A stretch of 64,000 nucleotides of DNA from the human T2T-CHM13v2.0 reference genome, Homo sapiens. Where the stretch lies: NCBI RefSeq assembly GCF_009914755.1, contig NC_060929.1; one strand, 5' to 3'. The notes under the pieces are model-generated. The model did no database searches, was not told where the DNA came from, and saw nothing but the letters and a program-made list of their open reading frames with translations. Below are positions 28,311 to 42,663 of this stretch, piece after piece (the stretch's first letter is position 1; every line of letters starts with the position of its first letter). The position numbers and the translations under genes were made by a program.

Positions 28311-29410
28311 ATAATAGTTTATATACTGGAATATTTTAGTGATTTTTTTCTGAAATTGTAGATTCATGATTATACTTATAATTGTGCTCAACTGGCTTTT
28401 GAAATATTTTCTTTGGTTAGGGTAATAAGATTTTACATAATCAAAAGCTTATCTTTGCTACAGCCTATAGTTCCATGTCCTAAATTTAGTATGTAGCAGT
28501 GGAGAAAGCATTAAAAAATTCTTTAGACATAAGCTGCCTGGTTTTGTGCTCTATCAAAGACTTTCAACATCATAAACATATAAAATATATCTTAAATAAA
28601 TATATATATCGTATAGACACATAAAATATATATAAATATTTAAGAAACATATATTTAACAGCTGTGCATTGTTCTAGCCTAACTTGTTTCAGAGCCTTGT
28701 TTTTTTGCCCTTCTATTCTCATACAGAAGACCAGACAAAAGCGGTGATCTTTTGTAAAAGTTAACGGGGTTTTTTTCAATATAAAGAAATTATTATTCTT
28801 TGAAATAATTCATTATATTTTTTACAATCTCCACTTGTTTCTTAAGCCCATAAATTCTGTTTTTCAGCATTTCCATTTCTACTACAACAATTTTATGCAA
28901 GATCTTAAAGTTCAGGTTGTATTTAGTTGTCATTCTTCTTAACTGTGGATGAAACCAATTGCTTAGTGGAATTTCCTTAGCACTTAGCTTTTATTGTACC
29001 ATGTATTCCTTTTCCTTCTACTCCTTAACCCATTCCTTCCCTGTTTTCCTTCCTGGGTGTATTTCCTCTTCTTGCCCTGATGTGTATTCAGTCTACAGTG
29101 CTCAGTTGTCAACAACTTTTCACTTCCTATAGAGAGCTCACATCATATCCTTCCTGGGATACTGAAATATATAGGCACTGATAGAATCCGTTTAACTAAT
29201 CTAAACATTTAAATATCCAGACATTTAATATTGAAACTTCTTAATATGCAAATAACCTTGAAGGCAGAAGCAATCCAGCCTGAACCTAGTCACACATTCT
29301 TAGCTGATCATTATCAAAATCTATGTCTCCAACCTTTATCATCTTCACCCTCTAGATATTTCCAGTGTCTAAAATCCAACATTTCTATCAAAGTCTCAAA
29401 ACCAACATTT

Positions 29411-29460
29411 AAAAGTAAAAAAAAAAACAAAAAAAAAAACAAAAAAAAACAAAAACCAAA
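29411..29460. repeat. A-rich (AnC) tract
   Basis: aaaagtaaaaaaaaaaacaaaaaaaaaaacaaaaaaaaacaaaaaccaaa. Confidence 0.9.
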
Positions 29461-29582
29461 GCTTTCCCTTTACTCCTCAGGTGGAATTATTCTCTGTCAA
29501 TTAGACTCATTTTTCCCTTCCCCAGAGCCACTACATGAAGGCAGTCATCTCTGTTCCCACTGCCATGCTCTAGTGGTGGTCT

Positions 29583-30330
29583 TGAGAGTGTCAGGAGGCA
29601 GCCAAATGTCTAGACAGATAGGAGCAGGTACCCAGTGAAACCCTACCTCCAAGTCGGACAGTTTAAAGCCTGAGAGCCAAGCTACAAGTGAAATCCTCAG
29701 AATGGATTGAGAACTTGTCTTCCCTTTTACACACTTTCCTCTGGTTGATCCCCATCTTGTGCCTGTAAATACCCCAGACTCAGTCAGTAGAGGAGACGGC
29801 CTGACTTTGGAGAAGAGACAATCTGACTTTGGGGAAGACAACCTGCCCTTCCCATCCCCTCTCTAGCTCCCCTCTCTGCTCAGAACCGTTTTCATTTCTC
29901 AATAAAATTATCTGCCTTCACCATCCTTCAATCATCCACATAACCTCATTCTTCTTGGGCACTGGACAAGAGCTTGGGACCCACCATGTGTGGGTACCCA
30001 GAAAAGGCTGTCACACTGGCCTTTTGCCCTCACAGGCGGAGAGTAGCCACCTCATGTGACAAGGCCAGGGGCCAAGTGAGTTGCTAACACACCACTGTCC
30101 ATCTACAAACAGTGGAACTAAAAGCACATTGTGACACCCTCTCTGTGGCTTCCAGGTCACAGAAACCCTCACCTGAGTGCCACTGCATTCCTCTCAAGGA
30201 GACACACCTGGTCTGGCCACAGGTCCCACACTCAATCACTCACATGCTCCCTCTTGCAAGGGGATGAGCATGATGGGCGGAGTAGAGGGGCAGTGAGTCC
30301 AGCAAAGAGGCCAAGAAAAATTCTTCATCA
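29583..30330 (+). mobile_element. ERV1 solo LTR (MER50/LTR27-group-like), 748 bp
   Basis: TG...CA termini, perfect 4-bp TSD gtct (29579-29582 / 30331-30334), AATAAA at 29901, 5' caggaggcagccaaatg..aaagcctgagagccaagctacaag, 3' aaaaattcttcatca. Confidence 0.85.
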
Positions 30331-31464
30331 GTCTTATTATTTCATTTCTGACTAACTGTGTTATTCTCCTCACTGCATATTTGTACATAGAGTCCTGTCT
30401 GTATATCACCACACCTTCCTCCCCATAATTTATTTCACGTGTTGACAAAGCAATCTAATACTCCCCAAGCACTACATCAAATGTAATACGTTCTTGCTTA
30501 AAATTATGTAATGTATTGTTTTCACAATAAGATTCATATTTTAAATTCTTTTTTCTACCTATGTTCTTATACAAATCCTCACCTTGAAGTCTTCTTGAAG
30601 ACATCCTTCTTTACACTTCCTTGAAATGTTCCTTCTTGGAGACTTCTAAAAGTTTTTTTTCTCAATATTTCATTTTATTTATGATCACTCCTGTCTCAAT
30701 ATTTGTTATATGCATCAGGTAAGGTATCTGAAACTGTATTAAACCCTCTTACACTGTTAATAATCATTGTTCTGTTCAACTCATTTCTCCAAAATTAGAT
30801 TGTAAAAATCTTATAGAGGGGATCCAGGCCTTAAATACCTTAAACATTTTTTTAAAAAATACTTTCTCTTCAGTATCTAGCCAAAGTCCCAAGTCTAGTG
30901 AGCATAAAGTATACATTTGGTGATTATTTGAATGATACTTATTATTTGTTACAGGGAGGGAAAATATTGCTCTCTCTTGTACAATAATGCAAAGAGAGAG
31001 AGAATAACTTTAAAATGTAGAAATATTTTTAGTTCTAGATGAATTTAATAAATATTTCAAAGTATCAATAGTAGGCAATCTACACAGTAGTTTTCAGGAT
31101 GATTTCAGTTTGGCATGACATCTTAGGTTTCCTTTTTTCTTCAGGAAATGTCTTTCAGACTAAACCTGTTTTAAATATAAGTACAGACTTATTTTATCTC
31201 TTTATAGAAAACAACTCCATAGCATGAATTGTAAAAGGAACAAATAGCTTTCAAGAGGTTATTGTGTATATTATTTTTTTCTTCACACTCTCTCCTTTGA
31301 ATTCCAAAACACAGTTTAATTGAGATAGCCATGATTTGGTTACAACTACATAGCCTATAATTCTGCCAGTAAAATTTCTATCTATTTTTTATAAAGCCCC
31401 TGAATAGCAAGAATTAATTACTTAAATTCATCAGTAAAAACCGAGGGATTAAAAACTTACTCTT

Positions 31465-31760
31465 ATCCAGGCATGGTAGCTCATGCGTGTAATCCCAGTA
31501 CTTTGGGTGGCCAAGGTGGGCAGATGGCTTGAGTTCAGGAGTTCAAGACCAGCCTGGGCAACATGGTAAAACCACATCTCTACAAAAAAAAAAAAAAATT
31601 ATCCAGGTGTGGTAGCACATACCTGTAGTTCCAGTTATTCAGGAAGCTGAGGCAGAATTGCCTGAGCCCTGAAAGTTGAGGTGGCAGTGAGCCATGATCA
31701 CACCACAGCACTACAGAGCAAGACCCTGTCTCAAAAAAAAAAAAAAAAAAAAAAAAAAAA
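31465..31760 (+). mobile_element. AluJ SINE with pure A28 tail
   Basis: J-type positions; small deletion near the 3' end; degenerate TSD aaacttactctta / aatcttaccctta. Confidence 0.95.
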
Positions 31761-34700
31761 GCAACAAATCTTACCCTTAGAAATGCCAAAGTGCTCATTA
31801 TTAGACTAGCTCTTACATGGTATTGATGCAAGCAATAGTTACTCTGGACAAGTTAATAGGACACAGAACCACCTGAACTGGTTGATACATGTGTTGTAGG
31901 AAGAGGAGCTGATGGCTGGCTTTCTTCTTCCCCGTAACTCTTCTCTTTAACAGCCAACAGCACGTGCACATTATTTATTGGAGTATTTCACTCATGAAAT
32001 TTCTCACTTTGTTTTGAAGAAATGAAAACTGACAATGCTATCCCCAGCAATGATTGGAAAAAAATCAATACGATAGTGAAAATATTGCTGATTCTAGGGA
32101 TATGGAAGATCACAATGTCTCTGAACTTCAAGTAATCCTTACGAGGCCTGAATTATAAAAATTTTTAAGTTAATTACTGAGAGCTTTTTGGAGACATTTT
32201 TAAAAATAGATAGTGCTAAAGCACCCTTATGAAATTACAGAAAAATCAACAATGAAATTCTACTATCATTAAGTATCACTATATTGTGTATCAAGTTCAA
32301 ATTACAGCAAGGAAAAAATTAAGCATTATACAAAATGATTGTGTAATGGTGACAATGGTATTTATGTCACCAGCTTAAAACTCATCATTGTGATCTTTTG
32401 GATCTAGCAAATACCAAAACATAGAAGGAAATTCAAAATAAAAATATTAAAAATTTAAAAATACAAGAGTTGAGTTACATTTTAGAGTGTTATCAATCAC
32501 TATTTGCTAGCTCAATAATAGTATGTTTTTATTTTGTTGCATGGTTTTTGGCAAATAAAATCATCATTCACAATACTTTTATTACTTCTTTATAAAGAAT
32601 CTCAGTATACATCACTATGCACTTACTGATATTTAAATTAAGATGTTAAATAATAAGCATCATGAAGACATTAGTGTCTAGCAATACTAATCAAATGAAA
32701 GGTAATATAGATATTATCAAATTAGCTAGGTTTTAGCACATATCATGACCTTAGTACTTTCTTAATACATTATTATTTCATTATTATTCATTTATGAATT
32801 TCATTAGTTATTTCATTTCTTCACTATCAATTCATTTTGATGTGTACTTGCAGAGACTGCTGCAAACAGAAGCCTTATCTTTGCTCTCCTTCTCAAGGCT
32901 TACCTCATTAGCACACAAATACATTTATTTCCATGAAACTGTCAGCAGTTTAAGCATAGAGTCAGTGCGACCTTCATGTTCTTGTTTCTCGAACAGTGCC
33001 TGGCACATGGAAGGCAATGGGTTAATGTCTGCTGAATGATCAAATGTGTATGCTGGAAATTTAAAATAGAAGTTGGCAACCAACATGTTGTGGTAGATAA
33101 ATTAATTTACGAAATTAAATCTGTTAGTCCAATGGAGTATTTTAAGTAAACATTTTTTTCTGATTTATAACTATGAACTGTGGTTCTAAAATTTAAAATG
33201 CAATAATTATTTAATTCTCATTTTTAGTGATTTTATGAATCATTAGTTACAGTGGAAAACATGTACTTGGGCATACTTATTAAAATGGTTTAATAGTGAA
33301 GGGTATACACCAAGATCTAACTACGAAGATGTTTATCACTAAATTTTAACAAAGGACAATTAAAAAAACACAATTCTTGAATGCTACACAATTGTTTTGA
33401 TAAAATCCTGCTTAAATATAAAGACATAAATATATTGCCATAAAGAATATGAAATGGCATGGAAAATATATTTTATATTAGTCAAGAAGGCTGTAATAAG
33501 GTTATATTCATGGTATAACACTGTTTGTAAAAATAAAATGTTGATATATGTCAAAAGGCATAGAAGAACAAAAGAAGTTTTCTCTGGGTGAGGAAATTGC
33601 ACATTTTTTAAAATTTTAACCTTGTGCATTTTAGTATTTTCTATAATAATTTTATAACAAATGTGTTACATTTTTAAGTGTTATTTGTTAATTGAGAAAA
33701 ATAATAAATGGTATAATGAAAAAGGTTTAATCCATATGATTACATAATTCACCAAAAAAGTGTTCTATACACATTTTCTATATAATTTTAGACAAATTAC
33801 TTTCTAATTGTCTTGGTTATTCTGTCCTTTTACTTCTAAACCAAACTAACTTGGAAGCTAGATATTAAATTTTCTAAAGTAATCTCAAAAACGATGTAAA
33901 ATTCAATCTGAAAATCAAATCAGTTCAACAAAATATTTTGCTTTGTGCATATTACACACAAAGACCCCCAAATGAGTAAGACATAGCCTCTTTCCTTAAA
34001 GACTCACAATTAAGAAAAAAAAAAAAAAGGTGAACTTCCAAGCATACCAGAAAAATAAGAAAGGAGTCATCAGAAAAATATGGCTTTAGATGAGACACTT
34101 TAAGGAACTTCTAAATATTTGCCACAAAAATCCTAAAATGAAAAACACATCAAGGAAACTCACAAGCATCAGGAGTGTAATATTATAAAATATTACATTA
34201 TTTTAAAAAATTGCATTATAATGACACCCCCAACTTCTTCCAGGATAATTATAAATAAATAAAATACATTCCATTCTGTTTGTTGGTTTAATGCTTTCGG
34301 CAGGTCTACTTCCTTTAATACGATACTCGTGGCTATTAATGGATTATTCTTATCCAGAACCGTATCAATTAGAGGAGCAGATTGGAAAAAAGCAGGATGT
34401 AAATCAATCTTTTTTCAAACATAGAGAACAAGTAGATGAACTAATATACATCCTTTGAAGTCATACCAGCTAAATAATTTCTGCCTCTGGGAAAAATATT
34501 TGAAAAAAAAAACGAAACAGCATAGCATGTCATTTTAATAATGTCTTCTATTTTCTTTAGGTTTTGTTTTCAATAATACACTCTAATGAATTTGATTGGT
34601 ACAAAATTCATGACAAAAATTTTAAGGATATAATGGTCATTTCTGAATGTTTACCCAATGAAACAAATAATAATTATTCATATAGGTTAAATTTGAGTAA

Positions 34701-36729
34701 TTCATCAAACTTATAATAACTTTACCACCTTCAGAACATATTCTTAGTAACTCCAAAACAAATGTTTAAGTGCAAACAGCTGGGAAGAGCAACCAGAATT
34801 GGAAGATAATTATTTTCTTTGGAAAATTAACCAGAAAATTAACTAAAAAATTAATTAGAAAATTTTCCTTAGAAAAAATTTTAAGGGACAGAGAGATTTG
34901 TCAGAAAACAAATGAATATTAATACTACTTGTTTTTCTCCCAACATTGTCCTATTTTTCCCTGTATTAATATAAAGCATGTTCTACTTCCTAGTTGTATC
35001 ATTGGAAATTATCCAGTTGGATAAAGACCAGAACTAGTTCAATGTGGTATTCATCACCTAGAGCACTGTTAGCCTTCATTCAATGTTAAATATTAATAAC
35101 AGTAAAAGCTTCCGTAAGCAAAGCCAGAAAAAGTACAGGGGAATATGAGCAATCACTCACTCCAACACCAACAACTTTACCCAGACCAGAAAAGATCATC
35201 CACAACAGAAGGAGGTCGAATTGTTCATGCTGTTTAGACCCACTCCCTCTGGAGAGAGCTAGACCATTATGACAGCTTTGTGGTTAATCAACAGTATGGT
35301 CTAAAAATCCTTCAGGAAATGAAATGAGACCATTTAACATTAGAGCTCTCAAAGTGCTATATTTTAATGATTTTTGTTTGTTTGTTTGTTTTTAGAGAGA
35401 AAGGTAGATTGTAAGTTTATCTGCAAATGCTACCCTGGCATTTTAATTTTGCACCATTCTCTCCATCACTATAGGAAGAGCAAAGGTACAGAGATTAATG
35501 GTTATTACATAAAAACATTATGAAGAAGTGAAAAAAAAAATCACATTCCACAAAGAATTCTATTTCCAGCCTGGCTCTTATATCATGTGTTCTAGGGTTG
35601 CCTTCTAACAACATATGGGAAAGACATCAAGTGTTCTCAAAGAACCTTGGCAAAACAGTAACTGTCAAATCTCTAACAGAAAATCAAGGGTTGTATTTGG
35701 CAACCATTAAATAAATGGGTAGGTTTTGGCAGGATCAATAATTCTATGCTCTTTCTTTACAGCAAAATAAAAGTAGAATCACTTATTTATATAGTCTTAA
35801 TCCACATAATAAAATGTAACCTTCCCTGTAATTGAATTGTCATTTTTTTAACATTTATTTTCCTTAATGTTGTCCTTGCTGTTTTCTATTGTTATCCTTC
35901 AAAATCATAAACACAAAACAGAAGTCCTGCACTAATTATTGTGCTGTAGTTGTTCACTCAGGTTAACTCACCGTGTCGATATCTTGCATCTTAATGGCTA
36001 AATTCATTCCACTCCTTGCTTCCTAATTTGTTACAATTCCTATGGAAGTATAATGTGACAACAAAACTCTAGCTTTGAAATCCTATAGTGTGTTAATTAA
36101 AGAATGCTGCAGGGAGGTAAAAGATTATTGTAATTGATTAACTGGTTCAATGTTTGGTGATCAACAGACATCAAGGAGTTACAGTCCTTCACAGACGACA
36201 CCCTTGTACACAAGAAACCTGGCACCAACTGATGTGCCAGGTATAAATGAGAGAAAGAAGTCTGACCCAGCAATAGATAATATTCACACACCAAATGCAT
36301 GCATGGTAGTTAAAATTAGTTGTTCCTCCACACTGGATATATCATACCATACTTACATTTGGACTATCTCAAATACTGAATATGCAACTATATCTTGTTT
36401 ATGAAAATGATTGCATTTAGGTTGCTGTCCCTAGGGTATGGAAAACTGGCATTTCTATCTAGGTCCCATCCTTTGTACAGCCTCACATGCTGTTACAGGA
36501 TCTGGGCAGCTGCTGCGCAGAGACCAAACAGGCAGCACGGAGAGGAAGGGTGGTCTCTCCACCATCTGGTGATCAAAGACCCTTGAGGGGCTCACATTAG
36601 GTCATAAGCTTCTGTGCCACCATATGACAGGAACTTGGCCAAACTCTCTTTTTCCATTTCTCACAAGGCTCTTGAGGCACCATGTGGGGTGAGTGGTTAT
36701 GTCCCTAAGTATGCATATTTGGCCTTTTC

Positions 36730-37705
36730 CAATCCATTTTCAACAGAGCAGCCAAAATCATCTTTATAAAACATGAATCAGATCAAGTTACACCCTGATT
36801 TCCTACTGCACTTAGGACAAAATCCAAATTCCTTTGGTTGCAAGACCCTGCCTCATCTGGCTCCTGCCCAAAATTAATTTTTTTACAGCACTTACTCAAT
36901 TGTTTGTCATGCTCCAACGCCTTTGACTTCCTTTCTGTTTCTTGAATAAGCAAAGATTTTTACCCACTTGTTAAGACTTTGCAATCCCTTTTACTTATGT
37001 CTGGAATTTGCTTCCTCAGTGTTTGAATTGACTACCACTTTCCATTTTCAGGCGTTGACTCAAATATCACCTCTTTTATAAGGCCTTCTGTGGACACATT
37101 CCATGAAGTGCCCTCCTACCATTATTTTTATCGTTCTATGTGTGTCTTTTATATACTCACAGTAATTTATAATTATTTTAACCTTTAAAAATTTGGGGGC
37201 TGTTTCTGGTGTTCCCTGCTATTTCAGGTGCTCCCAGTTGAATGAAGCTTCTTGAGAGCAGCAACCATCCCTTTTTCTTTACGGCTGTGTCCTCATGCAA
37301 TGGACTGAATGTTTGCGTCTCCCCCAAATCCATATGTTTAAACCACTCACAATGTGATGATATTGAGGTGGGGCCTTTGGAAATAACTAGGTCATGAGGA
37401 TGGAGTCCTCAGGAATTGAATTAGTGGCCTCATAAATGGGACCCCAGAAAGCTCTCTCACCTTCTTTCCACCTTGTGAGTACACACAGCAATGATAGCTG
37501 TCTACGAACCAGGAAGCAGGGCCCCCAACAATCTTCTGGAGCATTGATCTTGGTTTTCCAAGCCTCCAGACTGTGAGAAATAACTTGTTTTTGTTACCCA
37601 GTTTATGGTACTTTTGTTGTAGCAATCCTAAAGGACTAAGACACCTTCATTCCTGACACTTAGTGAAAACTCACCAGATAGTAGTTGTTGAATAAATACA
37701 TGAAC
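36730..37705 (+). mobile_element. L2a 3' region split by MLT1A
   Basis: aatccattttcaacagagcagcca..aaaatccaaattcctt..ctcaaatatcacctc..gttgttgaataaatacatgaa. Confidence 0.8.
37296..37643 (+). mobile_element. MLT1A/MLT1A0 solo LTR
   Basis: tgcaatggactgaatgtttgcgtctcccccaaatccatatg ... ggactaagaca; approximate 5-bp TSD cctca / ccttc. Confidence 0.88.
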
Positions 37706-39083
37706 AGATAACTTACTGGCTGAATGATTTACTGGAAATTAGGGACAGGTCGTCTTTGGATATTATTCATTTCAAATATAGTTTTAAATGTAATTTATTT
37801 CAAGCCCTACTTTCAACCAAGGGATTGTCTGTCAAATTAAGTCATTTTTATTCTTTTATATTTACCTTTCCTAGAATCATATATCCTAGTTAAGGAAGGA
37901 AAATTATTCATGTTAAGCAACTGTACATTAGTTGTTATATCTACACTAGTTAGCCATCTCAACCATCATGTATGAAGCCATTCTAGACATGAAGACACAA
38001 AATTCAAAAAGTGTTAATAATCAGGATGCTTCTATTAATAATTTAGCTACTACAAATTTATCACTATGAAGCTCAGATTCAAGCCTATACCTATTCAACT
38101 CCTTGGGCTAATTTTCATACTATAAATTGGCTGTTTTTATTGTCAAGGATAAATGACAAGGTAAAATCTGAAGAAAGACAAATCCACTTTAAAATTTGTT
38201 ACTAGATTGATTAAGAGCATGTCCTGACACCAATAAGTCTAGTGAAATGAACAGTGAGAAATAAAACCACTGGGCATATTATGTTATTCTTCAGCATAAG
38301 TTTTTGGATTTTTAAATTAGCTCATTGTTATATCAGGCAAGCAGAGCTGAAAATAAGTGCTTCCAGAAAAATGAGTTATATAAGCTTAGCTTACTAAACT
38401 ATACTCCAATAATCATAAAGTATGAATTCACTGCTAAGGGACTATATCACAGTTTCAGGGAATGTGTTATTTATTGCAACCATCTACTCATTTATGAAAT
38501 TTATATTGTTTCTTTGTTTTATAGATTATAATAATGAACAATAACATTTGTCTGTAATTTAATATATTTTGTTATTATATATGAGAATGAGAGAATTTCC
38601 CTGCAGGGAGATAAGTTGGACTAAAATTCTCTATCAGTAAATATTTGTTTTAGTGAGTTATGAAGGCTTGAATTTTCTGATAACTTTTTTTAACTGGTCA
38701 TTCTAAATAAATCAGTTAGAAATATGTCAAGGAAAAAAGCAAGCATATGGTAAAAAAGTTGGCTTCTTTCCTTCATTTCTTACAACCTGAGTCAGAGCAC
38801 AAGGAAAAGCAGAAAGAGGCATATTCCCATACAAATTAAAAGATTCAGACTGAGGTTAGACAGAGAGCCCAATATTCTATCATTTTCCAAATGATGGAAT
38901 ATCATTCTCCATTTCTTATCAGTAGTGGTCATAGGAAACAAAGCAATTCTGGGCTTCAGGACCTTCAAAAATTAGCTCCTCCTTAAAAACAATGAGAACA
39001 CTTGTAAAATTTTTCAAAGCAAATTTTTTCAGAACTCTGGAAATTAATCAAAGGTTTCAAACAACCCGAGGAGCATTTACTCA

Positions 39084-39483
<400 letters not shown>

Positions 39484-40038
39484 TTACTAGAGAGTCTTAA
39501 CACAAGATTTTAGCAACAGAAGAATCACCAAATCAAAGTTAGGTCAATTGAAATTATCCAATATGAGGAATGGGACTAGAAAAGAATAAAAAAAAGTAAT
39601 AGATCCTCAGAGACTTATGGAACACTATCAGACATACCAACATATACATAACAGAAATCCCAGAAGGAGAGGAGAGCAAGGATCAGAAAAATATTTGAAG
39701 AAATAATTCACTGAAGCTTCCCAAACTGAATAAAAAGATTAATCTACATATCCAAAAACTTCACCAAACTTGAAGTAAGATAAACTCAAAGAGATCCACA
39801 CTTACATACACCAAATCAAACTACTGAAAGTAAAAGACAAAGAGAGCATCTTGAAAACAAGATAAAAGTGACCCCTATATTCAAGGGATTCTCAGGAAGA
39901 TTAAGATTTAATTTATCATTTAATAAATGGAGACCAAAAGGCAGTGGGATGACATATTCAAAGTGCTGAAAGAAAAGTAATGTCAACTAAGAATTATATT
40001 TTCAGCAAAACTCTACTTACAGAATGAAGAAAGAATTA

Positions 40039-40341
<303 letters not shown>

Positions 40342-42300
40342 AAAAACACTGCCATTGGCAGGTCTGCTGTACAAGAAATACAAAAGAGAATGCTTTAGGC
40401 TAAAATGAAATAACAGTAGACAGTAACTTAAATCTATACATTTTAAAATGTAGGAAAGGTCATTGCATATTTATAACGTCAAACCAGTTTAAATGTATTT
40501 GTCTGTAACTTTTCTTCTCTTATCTAGAATATAATAGCATAAAATTATATCAGTAAAACTGTGTTGCACTTAAAATACATAAATTTTAATTTGTATAGTA
40601 ATAGCACAAAGGAACAGAAGATATTTTGGAGCAGAGTTTTCTTTACTATTGGAATTTAGTTGGTATCAATCCAAACAAGACATTACCTTTAATTCCCAGA
40701 GCAAACACTAAGTAGAATATAACTTTAAAAATACAGTATAGTAAATTAAAAAGTAATTAAAACACTACACTAAAATATATCTATTTCACACAAAAGAAGA
40801 CAATGTGGAGAAATAGACAAACAAAAAAGGCATGGCATTTAGAAATCAACTAGAAAAAGGTAAATATAAGTTCTACCATATCAGTCATAACATTAAGCGT
40901 AATAGTTACATACTCCAATCAAAAGGCAGAGAGCGCAAAAACATATAACAACAACAAAACATAATCAAATTACATGCTTTCCACAAAAGACACATTTTGC
41001 AATCAAAGCCACAAATAGATTGAAAGTAAAAAGATGGGGAACAATATTTTATGCAAATAATAATCAAAAGAGAACTGGAATGACTATACTAATATTAGAC
41101 AAAATAGACTTTAAAGCAATTCTTGCTACTAGAGACAAAAAATGACATTTTATAATGATAAAAATGCATTAAAAAGACTAACAATTATAAATTTATGTGC
41201 ACCTAACAACAGAGATTCAAATTAAGCAAAGCAAAAATCTGACAGAATTAAAGGGAGAAATATTTCCATACAAAAGAATAAAGTTGGACTCCTGCCTTAC
41301 ACCATAGACACAAGAAAACAAAGGAATAAACTTCTGTGACCACAGAGGCCACGCTTCTCAGATATGACACTAAAAGTATAAGCAAAAAAGAAAAAAATAA
41401 GATGAGCTTTTTTATTAAGAAAGTTAAAAGATAACCTATGCAATGGTATAAAATCCTGTATTTTATCGGGGACCTGTATTCAGAATACGTGAAGAATACT
41501 TCCGATTAAAAGACAAATAACCCCATTTTTAAAAAGGCAAATGATTTGAATAGACATTTTTCCAAAGAAGATATGCAAATAGCCATTACATAAATGAAAA
41601 TAGGCTAATTACTAGCCATCAAGGAAATGCAAGTCAAAACCTCAATGAGATACCACTTTATACCCACCGGCATAACTATAATAAAAAAGATGAAAAGCAT
41701 TGGCAACTTTGTGGAGAAATTGGAGCCCTCATACATTGCTGGTTAGACTGTGAAGTGGTGCAGCCACTTTGGAAAACAGTGTGGCAGTTCCTCAAAAGTT
41801 TAAGCATAGAGTTATATAATCCAGGAATTCCATTCTTCAGTATATGACAATGAGAGATGAAAACATATGTCCACACAAAAAAACTTATACATAAATGTTA
41901 TAGCAGTATTATTCACTATATCCAAAATGTAAAAATAATCTAAATGTCCATCAAGTGATGAATAGATCAACAAAATATAGTATCCATAGAGTAGAATGTT
42001 GTTCATGAATGAAAGGAATACAATAATGACGTGTAAAATGAAGGAAACTTGAAGACATTATATTCAGTGAAAGAAGCCAGTCGTAAAACATCATATATAG
42101 CATGAAATGTCCATAATAGGCAAATGCATAGTGACAGAAAGTAAATTAGTGATGGCCAGGGACCAGGGGGAAGGAGGGAATGGGAAGTAACAACTCACGA
42201 ATGGGTTTGTGAGGTGTGTTTTTTAGACAAGATGAATATGTTCTAAAATTAGATAGTGATGATAGTTGCAAAACTCTATGATTCTACTAAAAAACACTGA

Positions 42301-42663
<363 letters not shown>

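Larger units (their letters stand above)
29200..30935 (+). mobile_element. L2 fragment(s) interrupted by an ERV1 LTR
   Basis: ctgttcccactgccatgctctagt | tattatttcatttctgactaactg is continuous L2-like sequence across the LTR; outer boundaries approximate. Confidence 0.5.

Noticed and set aside
29231-30448. Several overlapping 70-135 aa ORFs
   Set aside because: They span L2, a poly(A) tract (the lysine run) and the ERV1 LTR; no domain similarity or exon structure
32347-32372. 8-bp inverted repeat tggtgaca/tgtcacca
   Set aside because: Stem length expected by chance in 64 kb
36553-36575. CTCF-like motif (minus strand tgatcaccagatggtggag)
   Set aside because: Mismatches at two informative core positions (first C and the C of GGC); too weak without ChIP data
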